Shown: piece after piece, positions 10,106 through 20,161 of the stretch
Numbering within the stretch: the first letter of the stretch is position 1
Layout of the letters: every line of letters begins with the position of its first letter
From: Candidatus Poribacteria bacterium
GTDB taxonomy: Bacteria > Poribacteria > WGA-4E > WGA-3G
Direction of reading: 5' to 3'
Assembly (NCBI GenBank): GCA_965205015.1
Contig: OZ242029.1
Span: forward strand, 4,288,001-4,352,000
Length of the DNA stretch: 64,000 nucleotides
Notes under the pieces: model-generated
Told to the model about the DNA's origin: nothing
Databases searched by the model: none
Seen by the model: the letters and a program-made list of their open reading frames with translations, nothing else
Program-made: the position numbers and the translations under genes

Positions 10106-10708
10106 TTAAAGTGGAAATTTTTCGTTGATCATCATAAGGGGTTCCTGATTTGCCAACACCCGATAGGCGCGACTGATAAACTTTTCACCTTCAAGATGTG
10201 CCACAGCGGATGGAAGATTGGTTAAGACCTCAATACCACACCAGAGCAGCTCCCGTCGAGTCTCTAAATCACTATGCTGCAGAAGGCCACCGAGTCCCTG
10301 TTTGTCGGATTCTAATCCATTCAAAATGGATTCCGGCAGACGTTTCGGCACAATAAGTGAGTCGGCATAGGTATGTATTCTGGGTAATGATTTTTCCTGT
10401 GAATGGGTTTGGAGGACTGCTTGCCGTGAAATGATCTCTGATCCCGTAGATAGTTGGAGCCATGTATGTTCGGTGGATAGCGTCTGTTTGGTTTGTTGGA
10501 GTAAGGTTACCTCTACCGGCATGAGTGTGTAGGCTTCAATAAATCGCGTAACCGTCCCATCGGCGACGAGCAACCCACGTTGGAACGCAGTCAGTTGCGC
10601 GAGGTTGATTCTTTTTAAGGTTTCAGGTTTATGGTCTTGCGCGACAAAGAGTGCCTTCATGCGGGTATTAACGAAGGTCCCCTGTTGTGTAACTGTGTCT
10701 GTTTTCAT
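10106..10708 (-). CDS. Chorismate pyruvate-lyase-like (UbiC/DUF98) protein
   Basis: FQRGLLVADGTVTRFIEA, YADSLIVPKRL, LETRRELL, PLMMINEKFP; ATG 10708 chosen over the upstream alternative start at 10747. Confidence 0.75.
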   Translation of the reverse strand: MKTDTVTQQGTFVNTRMKALFVAQDHKPETLKRINLAQLTAFQRGLLVADGTVTRFIEAYTLMPVEVTLLQQTKQTLSTEHTWLQLSTGSEIISRQAVLQTHSQEKSLPRIHTYADSLIVPKRLPESILNGLESDKQGLGGLLQHSDLETRRELLWCGIEVLTNLPSAVAHLEGEKFISRAYRVLANQEPLMMINEKFPL

Positions 10709-10828
10709 GGTCAAAGTTCTCTTTATTTCTGGAAGAAGCACGTTCACGCGAACGTAACATGCGATATTTGGGGTTGTTGTTCAATTTTTTAGACACATAA
10801 GGCTAAAAAAAAGTTCGTGAATATGCAT

Positions 10829-10857
10829 TTGACATACCAATCGTGATGACGTATACT
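10829..10857 (+). promoter_or_regulatory. Sigma70-type promoter
   Basis: TTGACA-N17-TATACT. Confidence 0.65.
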
Positions 10858-10882
10858 ATGGACAAAACGACATCTCAATAAG

Positions 10883-10993
10883 ATGAACGTTATGACGCCT
10901 GATGATGTTTACGTCCGAAAAGCGATAGAGGGTGATGATGGGGTTTCTAATCCCGCTTTCATGAGGTTTCGTTCCAAGTGTCCAAAGTTTTAA
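10883..10993 (+). pseudogene. Possible N-terminal remnant of an ECF sigma factor
   Basis: Short ORF MNVMTPDDVYVRKAIEGDD resembles ECF region 1.2 (D..LV.+...GD..AF) and breaks off at a REP-like sequence. Confidence 0.35.
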
Positions 10994-11835
10994 TCAAATC
11001 TATATCTCTTTTTTTAATCAGTACTTCTTTACTTTTCAGCAGTTTCACGGCAATTGCAGAAGAACTTCCCTTATCCCTCGGCGAACATCTCTTCGCGCAG
11101 GGCAACTACGATGCCGCTATTACCGAGTATAAACGTTTTCTCTACTTCCATCCATCAGATAAACGTATTGGCGAGGTGTATTACAACGTTGGACTTGCCT
11201 ATAGAGCACAAGGTCTGTGGACAGAGGCAGTCACTGCCTTGCGAACGGCGACACATCTCGCTACAGATGCCGAAGCAAAATCGGAATACCAGCTGGAACT
11301 CGCCGTAACGCTGATCGCGGCGCAGGACTACGATCTGGCTCGGTTGGAATTGGTTAAGGTGACAATGCGACCCCTTCCCACGCAGTTGTACCGACGCGCA
11401 CTTTTCTTGCAAGCCGTTGCGTATCTCTATCAGTTTCGATGGGAGGACGCCCGGGAATCACTACAAAACTATACAACCGATGAAAGATTGGATATTCTCT
11501 TTGAGGCAGCTACTGATATACCGCTGAAATCTGAGAAGGTTGCGCGGGTATTGTCAACAATCCTGCCTGGTGCGGGACAGGTGTATGCAGGCGATTGGAG
11601 AGGTGGGTTAAACGCGCTTCTGCTGAACGGTGTACTCGGTGTTCTCGCTGTTGACTTGGTGTTAGACGGATATTATGTAGATGCGGGGTTGTGGGGAGTG
11701 TTCATTTTCTGGCGTTACTACCGGGGTAACACCTTTCGTGCGGGACAAGCAGCTGAGCGATTCAACCAGGAGGAATCTCACAAAGCCACCGATGCCATCT
11801 TACAACGACTCCAAGAAATTGTTGGCACACCTTGA
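10978..11835 (+). CDS. Exported TPR protein with C-terminal hydrophobic (TM2-like) segment
   Basis: Signal peptide; TPR helices (LGEHLFAQGNYDAAITEYKRFL, YYNVGLAY); LSTILPGAGQVYAG. Confidence 0.75.
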   Translation: MSKVLIKSISLFLISTSLLFSSFTAIAEELPLSLGEHLFAQGNYDAAITEYKRFLYFHPSDKRIGEVYYNVGLAYRAQGLWTEAVTALRTATHLATDAEAKSEYQLELAVTLIAAQDYDLARLELVKVTMRPLPTQLYRRALFLQAVAYLYQFRWEDARESLQNYTTDERLDILFEAATDIPLKSEKVARVLSTILPGAGQVYAGDWRGGLNALLLNGVLGVLAVDLVLDGYYVDAGLWGVFIFWRYYRGNTFRAGQAAERFNQEESHKATDAILQRLQEIVGTP

Positions 11836-11844
11836 ACGTGGCAC

Positions 11845-13740
11845 CTATGATCCTTGGCGTTTTTGAAGCGTGTACACGACCGCAACGAGTACTATCGCGA
11901 TGGCGAAGGTCCAGACGTTATAAATGTATGCCAAGAATGTCGCAAGCGCAAGCAATATCCACTCATACCAATGCGTCTTACGGACGAAGAAGCCCATCGT
12001 TACAATAGAGAAGATAACTGTGCCGACCACAGCCGATACCACAGATAGCACATATTCAACCGGTGTACCCCCTGTAAACAGGATGTGGGTATACGCAAAT
12101 AGCAGCGGCATGATATAGAGCAGTTTGGAGAACTTAAAACATGCCCATCCCGTCTGCCAGGGATCAGCACGGGCGATAGCGGCACCCGCATAGGCTCCCA
12201 AGGCGACCGGTGGTGTGATGTTCGAATCTTGACTCAGCCAGAAGATGATGAGATGCGCAGCAATAATCGGTATGCCCATCTCAGGCGTCGTCAGGATCGG
12301 CACAGCGAGTTCAGAGGTAATAAGATAGGCGGCGGTCACAGGAATTCCCATTCCGAGTACAAGAGAAGCTGCAGCGAGAAGCAGAATTGCGATGGTCTTG
12401 TTAGTCCCCGCAACCGACAGCACTAAATCCGGGAATATCCTTCCTAAACCCGTCAAATCTATGACGGCAACGATAATACCAATAGTGCCAACCGCACCGC
12501 CAATAGCGAGCGAATTCTTTGCCCCCATCACCATCGCTTCCCAGATACGTTTCGGTGTTAATCGTGTCTCTGGACGGAAATAACTCACCGCAATTGTGAC
12601 AAGGATTGCGAAGAATGCCGCTTTGTAAGCGGTATAGCCAGCAATTAAGATACCCACAAGCGTCAGCAACGGGAGTAAATAATACCAACCACTTTTAAGA
12701 AGGGATAAAAATTTCGGGATTTCTGCGTCTGGTATCCGTTCGAGTCCCTGCTTTTTCGCCTCAAAATGTACCATCACCCAAACGGAGAGGAAATAGAGAA
12801 CGGCTGGCACGATGGATAGAAGGGCAATTTTACTATAGGGAAGCCCCGTCCGTTCTGCCATGAGAAACGCCCCTGCTCCCATCACGGGGGGTAGGAATTG
12901 CCCACCGACAGAGGCGGAAGCCTCGACTGCCCCAGCGATATGCGGACGGAAGCCGGTCCGTTTCATTAAGGGTATCGTAAACGTGCCGGTAGCGACTGTA
13001 TTCGCAATCGCACTTCCCGCAACGGACCCAAAAAAACCGGAGGTCATGACCGAAACTTTCGCAGCCCCGCCTATTGAGCGTCCCGCTATTGACATCGGTA
13101 GGTTGATAAAGAATTGCCCGACCCCCGATTTCTCCAGAAATGCCCCGAAAAAAATAAAGAGAATCACGTAAGTCGCCATCACGTTTGCCATGATGCCGAA
13201 GACCCCCGCTTGGCTGAAAAAGCAGTATTCGATAATCCGACGAAGTGGAAACCCGCGATGCGCGATAGCATCCGGCAGAGAGCGACCGAAAAGCGCATAG
13301 AGAATACCGATTATAGCGATGATAGGCAGTGCCCAACCGACTGTCCGACGGCTCACCTCAAAACTAATTACGATCGCGACCGCGCCTACGAAAATATCGA
13401 GTTGGCTGTAATTGCCTGCCCGATTGACAAGATTCGGGTATTCTACAATCCAGTAGCCGATGGTGAAGATGCTGAGGGCAATCATGCCGAGGTCTATGAG
13501 GGATGGACGGGATACTGGAGAGTTCTTCCGACATCGGTAAAAGATGCCGATCAACGCGAAGGTCAGCAGGAGATAGAAACCGAGATGGAATTGCTCACTG
13601 GCACTCCCAAACCCTGCGCTATAGATATAAAAGAGGACGAGCGCAGCCGCACCGAGTTCAAAAATCCATTTGTATATTTTTTTTAACTCGGTGCGTTGGT
13701 TCTCAAGACCAGAGACTTCTTTTGATTCAGTTTGTGTCAT
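11845..13740 (-). CDS. TRAP transporter fused 4TM/12TM permease (TAXI-type)
   Basis: Many TM helices; GSAIANTVATGTFTIPLMKR, EASASVGGQFLPPVMGAGAF, LGMGIPVTAAY, SNITPPVALGAY. Confidence 0.93.
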   Translation of the reverse strand: MTQTESKEVSGLENQRTELKKIYKWIFELGAAALVLFYIYSAGFGSASEQFHLGFYLLLTFALIGIFYRCRKNSPVSRPSLIDLGMIALSIFTIGYWIVEYPNLVNRAGNYSQLDIFVGAVAIVISFEVSRRTVGWALPIIAIIGILYALFGRSLPDAIAHRGFPLRRIIEYCFFSQAGVFGIMANVMATYVILFIFFGAFLEKSGVGQFFINLPMSIAGRSIGGAAKVSVMTSGFFGSVAGSAIANTVATGTFTIPLMKRTGFRPHIAGAVEASASVGGQFLPPVMGAGAFLMAERTGLPYSKIALLSIVPAVLYFLSVWVMVHFEAKKQGLERIPDAEIPKFLSLLKSGWYYLLPLLTLVGILIAGYTAYKAAFFAILVTIAVSYFRPETRLTPKRIWEAMVMGAKNSLAIGGAVGTIGIIVAVIDLTGLGRIFPDLVLSVAGTNKTIAILLLAAASLVLGMGIPVTAAYLITSELAVPILTTPEMGIPIIAAHLIIFWLSQDSNITPPVALGAYAGAAIARADPWQTGWACFKFSKLLYIMPLLFAYTHILFTGGTPVEYVLSVVSAVVGTVIFSIVTMGFFVRKTHWYEWILLALATFLAYIYNVWTFAIAIVLVAVVYTLQKRQGS

Positions 13741-13928
13741 TTTTCCTCCACCAGGGATAATCCCTTTAATAATTCTACATCAAATTGGCACAGAAGGCAA
13801 CGGTTTTCGGATAAGTAACCTTCCAAATGGCACTTTTCGCATTTTGTCAAGAAAATTGAGGCGATTTGCAACTAACATGACATTGAAAACAATTAAATGG
13901 ACCCTTATGCCTTAGCAAACACCGGTTC

Positions 13929-13951
13929 GTAGTCGTGCGATTCATCGCACG
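13929..13951. repeat. GTAG-type REP palindrome, identical to 22254-22276
   Basis: gtagt-cgtgcgat-tc-atcgcacg. Confidence 0.8.
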
Positions 13952-14013
13952 CTCTGCCAAGAAGTGCCCAGATATTTTTGGACTTCACTATAAATGAGGA
14001 GAGGAACACACTT

Positions 14014-14885
14014 GTGAAACGCATCAGTCAATTTTTACTTAGTTTTCTCGTTTTGGGCGTAATTTTTTCATGCGCTCGAACACCCCAGCGTATTGAATTA
14101 CATCCAGTATATGTTATACCGCGCGGCACTCCGGAAGGTCCGGGCTTACCCCTTGGTGTGGCTGAAGGTTTAGATACGGAAAAAGTAAAAGCATCTACAG
14201 TCCGTGTGGTTTACGGAGAGGGGGATTCAACGATGAAACGAATACTCCGGCGTATGCCAAGCGTGGATATGCCAAAACCCTCCTTGGTCACGCTGAATTT
14301 ATTACGGATCACGCGGAGGTAGCACAACAGTCTTATCGTGCTGCGATTGAAGACTATGATAAAGCCATCGGTATCTATCCAAAGTTTCCCTCATACGCCG
14401 AGCGTGGGACGGTGAAGCTCTCCTTAGGCATCTCTGAAACCACCCAAGGGCGTACCACGGAAGCACAGCAGTACTATTATGCTGCGATTGAAGACTTTGA
14501 TAAGGCTACCAGTTATGATCGGCATGATACTTATGCTTACATCATTCGTGGGTATACAAAAATTTGCTTGGGTGATTTTGAATCTGATAAAGGGAATATC
14601 GAGGAAGCTCGAAGCCTATATGAAGCAGGGAGAACCGATAGTGATTCAGCAATCCGGTTAGACTCGGAGAATTCTTACTGCTACCACACGCGCGGAGTAG
14701 CGAAGGCAAAACTTGATGATTACAAGGGCGCGATTGATGATTTCGATAAGACTGTTAGCCTCAAGCCTGACTTTGCCAGAGCCTACTACAATCGGGCAGT
14801 TGCGAAGAAAATACTTGGACAAAAGAGGTCCGCGAAAGCAGATTTCAAAAAGGCGAAGGAACTTGACTCGGATATAAGAAAATAA
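14014..14885 (+). pseudogene. Frameshifted or internally deleted lipoprotein-TPR gene
   Basis: RBS then GTG 14014 and a lipobox-like VIFSC; the TPR frame is open from 14166 (PAYAKRGYAKTLLG...AAIEDYDKAI) but out of frame with the N-terminus; junction near 14205-14230. Confidence 0.65.
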
Positions 14886-14958
14886 TCTCCTATTTGCCAG
14901 CAAAAGTGAATTATGATAGAATAGCGGTACGTCAACTGATTCAGAAAGGAGACACAAA

Positions 14959-16011
14959 ATGGCAATAGGATTGGGCGTTATTGGGATGAACCCCACGAAT
15001 ATGGGGTCAACTGCGACCCTGTTAAAGGATGTGCCGGACCTGAAGTATGAACTCCGGGGTATTTGCGCGAAGCGGGCAGATGTGCTTGAGAACTACGCCA
15101 ACCAAATTGGCGTGGACTTTTGGACGACAGATTATCGAGAATTGGTGCAGCGCGAAGATATTTCTGTCATCGCTATCTATTCCCCAGACCACCTGCACGC
15201 TGAACATTGCGTCGCGGCGATAGAAGCTGGAAAACATGTCATCTGTACAAAGCCGATGGTGACCAAGTTAGACGACGCGCAACAGTTGGTGGATCTGGTG
15301 CGCGAGCATAAAGTCAAATTCCTTGTGGGACAGTCGATGCGGTTTGACCTCCAGTTTTTGACAATGAAAGGGTTTCTCGACGACGGTGATTTAGGCGACA
15401 TTATGCTGGCGGATGCCTATTATGTCCACGACATGCGCGAGGTTTATGATTTCACACCGTGGCGGCTCCATGAGCCGCAAGATTTGATGTTCGGTGGTAT
15501 TGTGCATCCTGTTGACCTATTGCGCTGTCTCCTCGGTGATGTAGATGAGGTGCACGCCTATGGGACGAAAGGCTTGCTCACACCCGAATACCCCATAAAG
15601 AACAATTTTTTTCTCAATCTGAAGTTTAAGAGCGGACAGATTGCGAGAGCGATGGGGCTTTACGATGTCGTTCATCCCCCGATGCCGATGCAGCAGATCT
15701 CCGTTTTCGGAAGTAAAGGGACGGTAATTGGGGACTTTACGGATAACAGAGAGGGACACGTCAAGTTGATGCTCGATAAAATGGCCACCAGAGAACCCTT
15801 TGAAGTGATCTGTCCTCCTGAAATAGACACAAGCGTTTACGGACATGGACAGACGGTTATCCGATATATGCGCCATTTTCAGCAGTGCCTTGAGGAAGAT
15901 TTAGAACCCGCACCGAATGTAATTGACGGTGCGAAGTCTATTGCTGTCGGTGTAGCGGCGTGGGAGTCTATTGAGACAGGACAACCCGTGAAGGTATTCA
16001 ACGACTTTTAG
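14959..16011 (+). CDS. Gfo/Idh/MocA family oxidoreductase
   Basis: GVIGM, SPDHLHAEH..AAIEAGKHVICTKPM, VHPVDL. Confidence 0.9.
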   Translation: MAIGLGVIGMNPTNMGSTATLLKDVPDLKYELRGICAKRADVLENYANQIGVDFWTTDYRELVQREDISVIAIYSPDHLHAEHCVAAIEAGKHVICTKPMVTKLDDAQQLVDLVREHKVKFLVGQSMRFDLQFLTMKGFLDDGDLGDIMLADAYYVHDMREVYDFTPWRLHEPQDLMFGGIVHPVDLLRCLLGDVDEVHAYGTKGLLTPEYPIKNNFFLNLKFKSGQIARAMGLYDVVHPPMPMQQISVFGSKGTVIGDFTDNREGHVKLMLDKMATREPFEVICPPEIDTSVYGHGQTVIRYMRHFQQCLEEDLEPAPNVIDGAKSIAVGVAAWESIETGQPVKVFNDF

Positions 16012-16045
16012 CAACACCTTTCCGTCTAATCCACTCCACCGGCTT

Positions 16046-16200
16046 GCAGGGAATAATTAAAACGTGTGCTGCGGATTTTTAATGAAACCGTAGCACATAA
16101 TGAAATGGAGTGCGGATATACGGAGAGGCACATCAATATCCGCAGAGGAAACACTCAAGCAAAAACACCCACCTTACCGACCCGCAAGGAATAATTAAAA
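16046..16200. repeat. Composite intergenic repeat bounded by 17-bp direct repeats and containing a GTAG REP-like unit
   Basis: gcagggaataattaaaa (16046-62) and gcaaggaataattaaaa (16184-200); internal ccgtagcac...gtgcgg and cggatat...atatccg. Confidence 0.5.
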
Positions 16201-16201
16201 T

Positions 16202-16230
16202 TTGACATTTTGTTTTGCATAATATATAAT
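16202..16230 (+). promoter_or_regulatory. Consensus sigma70 promoter of the metal operon
   Basis: Perfect TTGACA-N17-TATAAT. Confidence 0.85.
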
Positions 16231-16248
16231 TTAGGTATACCTAAATTA
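16227..16248. promoter_or_regulatory. DtxR/MntR-family operator
   Basis: Perfect 22-bp palindrome TAATTTAGGTATACCTAAATTA overlapping -10/+1; TTAGG...CCTAA core typical of DtxR-family boxes; directly upstream of the regulator gene. Confidence 0.85.
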
Positions 16249-16378
16249 ATTTCTCAATGTTTCTAACAATTTTGGCACATAATGCCTAAAACTGAATGGG
16301 TGTAACGCCCATACATTTACTGACCGCAGTGGGAAAACGAAGGGCATTGTCTGTTCCCCCTGCGGATTGGAAAGAACA

Positions 16379-17038
16379 ATGCTTACACATGCAGCTGAGG
16401 ATTACCTCAAGTCAATCTATAAATTGCAAGAGAAAGTCGGTAAAGTTTCGACCGGCATTTTGGCGGACTACCTCAATGTGAAGCCTGCGTCTGCCACCGG
16501 GATGATTAAGAAGTTAAAAACGATGAAACTGGTGAGACACGAGCGGTATCATGGTGTCACGCTGACGGATGCTGGGAAAGCAATCGCACTTGAAATTATT
16601 CGGCACCATCGTTTATTGGAACTTTATCTATTCAAGGCGCTTGGTGTACCGTGGGATGGTGTTCACGAAGAAGCCGAGAAATTGGAGCATGTCATTTCGG
16701 AAGATGTCGAGGCGCGGATGGACGAGTTTCTCGGCTACCCAACTGCCGACCCGCATGGCGCCCCGATACCCGATAAAAACGGTGTTGTGAAGAAGACGGC
16801 GCATATCCCGATGACAGAAGTGTGTGAGGGACAATCCTGTGTTGTTGCTGAAGTCAGTGACACCGATTCAGCGTTGCTTCGGCATTTAGGAAGTTTCAAT
16901 CTCTACCCGGGCACAGCATTCCGAGTGATTGAGGTCGCTCCCTTTGAAGGTCCCTTTACTATCGACGTTGCAGGACAGCAGGTCGTTATTGGGCGGGAGG
17001 TAGCGAAACATATTTTTGTCGAGGATGTGGAGGAATAG
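16379..17038 (+). CDS. mntR: DtxR/MntR family metal-dependent repressor with C-terminal FeoA/SH3 domain
   Basis: EDYLKSIY, LTDAG..IALEIIRHHRLLELYL, VHEEAEKLEHVIS, DPHGAPIP. Confidence 0.92.
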   Translation: MLTHAAEDYLKSIYKLQEKVGKVSTGILADYLNVKPASATGMIKKLKTMKLVRHERYHGVTLTDAGKAIALEIIRHHRLLELYLFKALGVPWDGVHEEAEKLEHVISEDVEARMDEFLGYPTADPHGAPIPDKNGVVKKTAHIPMTEVCEGQSCVVAEVSDTDSALLRHLGSFNLYPGTAFRVIEVAPFEGPFTIDVAGQQVVIGREVAKHIFVEDVEE

Positions 17039-17172
17039 TTATCGGTTATCGGTTGTCGGCTATCGGTTAAGAGATGTCTGTAACAATCTTTGCCAATTTG
17101 GAATACTCTGGGAAATGGTGAATTGTTACGTGAAACCTCTTGACCGACAACTGATTACTGACTGCTGACAAC
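17036..17172. repeat. Heptamer-ended inverted-repeat element (family also at 20029, 36498, 39614, 41121, 42411, 43543)
   Basis: tagttatcggttatcggttgtcggctatcggttaagag ... ctcttgaccgacaactgattactgactgctgacaac. Confidence 0.75.
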
Positions 17173-17181
17173 GATAAAAAA

Positions 17182-18321
17182 ATGGAACAGCAAAAACAGA
17201 TGCGACCGGATGGTAAAACAATCAAGATATGGAAGCGCCATTTACAAGATGAAGTTGACGCGGGTTTCCTTTATAGCGTTTTCGCTGGTCTTGAGTCCGA
17301 TTCGAAGCGAAAGGATATCTTAAGTGGACTCGCTGGGGTGGAAAATCGGCATGTCATACGTTGGCGGGAGATGCTTGCCACCTACGATATAAAGGTGAGA
17401 AAGCAGCGACCAACATTGAAAGCGAAATTGATGGCATGGTATGCGCGCCGATTTGGGAGTGAGTTTCCACTCTCGCAGATGCTTGGTGAAGAGGCGAGTG
17501 AGGTTAAGGATTATCTAACGCTTCATAGAAACAGTACATTGGCAGATGCGAAGGAGACGGCACTGATTTTAGCCAGAGAATCTGCGATGCATACAGAAAG
17601 TTTGCAGGAGCTCACTGGCACGAGTGAGGAACCGTGGCACAAGACTGAATCTGGAGGCATGGTTGGCAACATTGTTTATGGATTTAACGACGGCTTAACG
17701 GCGAACTTCGGTTTAGTCGCCGGCGTTATAGCGGCAACGTCCGATGTCTCTACGATTCTTGTGACAGGCATCGTTGGGACGGTCGCGGATGCCCTTTCTA
17801 TGGGGGCTTCGGGATACCTCGCCGCGAAAAGTGAACAAGAGGTTTATGAACACGAAATCGAGGTCGAAAGGGAGGAAATCCGCCTCATGCCTGACCTTGA
17901 AGAGGAGGAACTCGCCCTTATTTATGCAGCGCGAGGCGTCCCCGAAGAACAGGCTCGCGAACTTGCCAAGGAAGTGATGAGCGACCCCGAAAGAGCATTG
18001 GGAGAGAAAATCCAAACCGAACTTAAAATCGGGGAAATTTATGCCACCCCGTTCAAAGAGGGGTGGATTACAGGACTCGCAACTGCTATCGGGGCTTTTA
18101 TTCCTGTTGCTCCATTTCTTTTTATAGAAGGTATGCTTGCCATTTGGATCTCGTTCGCACTTGCCATGATGTCTCACTTTGCTGTTGGTGCTACCCGAAG
18201 TCTCTTCACCGGGCGCAGTTTATTTCGCAGTGGTATTGACATGTTCGTTGTAGGGCTCGGTGTCGCAGGCGTGGGTTATCTCGTCGGTGAGATCTTAGAA
18301 CACTTCTTTTTTGGGAATTAA
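17182..18321 (+). CDS. VIT1/CCC1 family Fe/Mn transporter with N-terminal ferritin/rubrerythrin-like domain (MbfA-like)
   Basis: N-terminal E..H pairs (ENRH, ESAMH); IVYGFNDGLTANFGLVAGV, ALSMGASGYLAAKSEQE. Confidence 0.88.
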   Translation: MEQQKQMRPDGKTIKIWKRHLQDEVDAGFLYSVFAGLESDSKRKDILSGLAGVENRHVIRWREMLATYDIKVRKQRPTLKAKLMAWYARRFGSEFPLSQMLGEEASEVKDYLTLHRNSTLADAKETALILARESAMHTESLQELTGTSEEPWHKTESGGMVGNIVYGFNDGLTANFGLVAGVIAATSDVSTILVTGIVGTVADALSMGASGYLAAKSEQEVYEHEIEVEREEIRLMPDLEEEELALIYAARGVPEEQARELAKEVMSDPERALGEKIQTELKIGEIYATPFKEGWITGLATAIGAFIPVAPFLFIEGMLAIWISFALAMMSHFAVGATRSLFTGRSLFRSGIDMFVVGLGVAGVGYLVGEILEHFFFGN

Positions 18322-18325
18322 GATT

Positions 18326-19288
18326 ATGCAAAGCGTATACATTTCATTATGTTTGATGGTTTCCATACTTGTGTGGACTGGGTGCGATCCGAAAGAGCAA
18401 CCTGATGCTTCCACAGTCGGGAAAATTCGCGTTGTCACGACGATCGGTATGGTTACCGATATTGTTAAAAATGTTGGTGGTGAACGCGTCGAGGTTACAG
18501 GATTAATGGGACCCGGGGTAGATCCACACCTTTATAAAGCGAGTGCGGGTGATGTGCAGCGGTTAACTTCGGCGCAACTTATTTTCTATAATGGGTTACA
18601 CCTTGAATCGAAAATGGGGGACATTCTTGCCAAAATGTCGGGCAATACGAGGACTGTTGCCGTGACAGATGCCGTTGACCGGAGTTTGCTACTAACACCC
18701 CCGGAATTTGAAGGGCAATACGATCCGCACTTATGGTTTGACGTAACACTTTGGATGAAAGCGGTGGGAACGGTTCGTGATACACTGAGTGAATTCGATT
18801 CAGACAATACACTCATGTACTGGACCAACGCTGAACGCTACCTCGCGAAACTCGCGGAACTGCACGGATATGTGAAGTCACAAGTGGAACGCGTGCCGTC
18901 TGAGCAACGGGTACTCGTAACGGCACACGACGCTTTTAACTACTTCGGAAAGGCTTATGGGTTTGAGGTGCGCGGACTACAGGGCATTAGCACCGCAACA
19001 GAAGCGGGGATTGCCGATGTTCAGAAGTTGGCGACCTTTATCGCAGAGCGGCGCATTCCTGCAATTTTTGTGGAATCCTCCGTCTCTACGAGGAGTCTTG
19101 AAGCAGTGAAAGCCGCCGTGAAGTCAAGAGGATTTGATGTAAAAATTGGTGGAGAGCTTTTCTCTGATGCCATGGGAAATGAAGGGACGCCTGAAGGGAC
19201 TTATATTGGAATGGTTCGTCATAACATTGATACGATTGTGACAGCACTCATTGGAGGAACATCTGCCAATTCTATGGTCGGAAATTAA
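18326..19288 (+). CDS. troA: Mn/Zn/Fe ABC transporter substrate-binding lipoprotein (TroA/MntA family)
   Basis: Lipobox WTGC; [29 protein letters not shown]. Confidence 0.9.
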   Translation: MQSVYISLCLMVSILVWTGCDPKEQPDASTVGKIRVVTTIGMVTDIVKNVGGERVEVTGLMGPGVDPHLYKASAGDVQRLTSAQLIFYNGLHLESKMGDILAKMSGNTRTVAVTDAVDRSLLLTPPEFEGQYDPHLWFDVTLWMKAVGTVRDTLSEFDSDNTLMYWTNAERYLAKLAELHGYVKSQVERVPSEQRVLVTAHDAFNYFGKAYGFEVRGLQGISTATEAGIADVQKLATFIAERRIPAIFVESSVSTRSLEAVKAAVKSRGFDVKIGGELFSDAMGNEGTPEGTYIGMVRHNIDTIVTALIGGTSANSMVGN

Positions 19289-19290
19289 GT

Positions 19291-20031
19291 ATGCAAGCGT
19301 CCGCAACGAAAGCCATTGAAGTAACGGATCTAACGGTTGCCTATCAAGATCAACCTGTCTTGTGGGATGTTGACCTTGATGTGCCCCCTGGGGTGCTTCT
19401 GTCGATTGTCGGTCCCAATGGCGCGGGCAAAACGACGTTGATCAAAGCCATTTTAGGATTGGTACGCCCCGCTGCAGGCAATGTCTTGATTTACGACAAA
19501 CCTTATGAAGCACAACGCCGGATCGTCGGTTACGTCCCACAACGGGGGACGGTTGACTGGGATTTTCCGACAAATGTGCTGGATGTCGTCATGATGGGTC
19601 GTTACGGTGCCCTCGGATGGGTGCGACGTCCAGGGAAACAGGAGCGGGAACTCGCCATGTATGCTTTGGAGAAGGTTGGCATGGAGGCGTATACCACTCG
19701 GCAAATCAGTCAGCTCTCCGGTGGACAACAACAGCGTGTTTTCTTAGCACGTGCCCTCGTTCAAGACGCTACGGTATACTTGATGGATGAACCTTTTCAA
19801 GGCGTTGATGCTACCACAGAACGCGCAATTGTAACCCTACTTCAGGAGCTCCGAGAAAAGGGGAAAACGGTTGTCGTGGTACATCACGATTTACAGACGG
19901 TAACCGACTATTTCGATTGGGTAATGCTCTTGAACATTCGCCGGATCGCGAGCGGTCCCGTTGACGAAACGTTCACACCTGAAAATTTGCGTACAACTTA
20001 CGGCGGTCGCGTTGCATTTGTGACGAAATAG
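19291..20031 (+). CDS. troB: Metal ABC transporter ATP-binding protein
   Basis: [37 protein letters not shown]. Confidence 0.92.
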   Translation: MQASATKAIEVTDLTVAYQDQPVLWDVDLDVPPGVLLSIVGPNGAGKTTLIKAILGLVRPAAGNVLIYDKPYEAQRRIVGYVPQRGTVDWDFPTNVLDVVMMGRYGALGWVRRPGKQERELAMYALEKVGMEAYTTRQISQLSGGQQQRVFLARALVQDATVYLMDEPFQGVDATTERAIVTLLQELREKGKTVVVVHHDLQTVTDYFDWVMLLNIRRIASGPVDETFTPENLRTTYGGRVAFVTK

Positions 20032-20160
20032 TTATCGGTTTGCCTGCTGCACAGGAAACCTTCAGCAGTCGGTTTTTAGTTAAAGTCTAAACTCTGATTT
20101 TTATGATTTACCATGATTATCGAAGATTTCATCATGGTAAATCGCATAAATCACAATAAT
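20029..20160. repeat. Partial heptamer element followed by an AT-rich hairpin
   Basis: tagttatcggtt...; ttatgatttaccatgat ... atcatggtaaatcgcataa. Confidence 0.55.
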
Positions 20161-20161
20161 T

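Noticed and set aside
2384-10781. Shared (A/T)ACAA-N13-15-GC(C/A)T motif upstream of four genes as an ECF promoter
   Set aside because: Short, variably spaced and AT-rich; at least one of these genes already has a good sigma70 promoter.
13827-16290. TGGCAC motifs near 13828 and 16273 as sigma54 promoters
   Set aside because: GG-to-GC spacing is 8 nt, not the required 10.
16250-16366. Hairpins in the mntR leader as a yybP-ykoY Mn riboswitch
   Set aside because: The conserved riboswitch motifs are not visible, and the operator already explains regulation.
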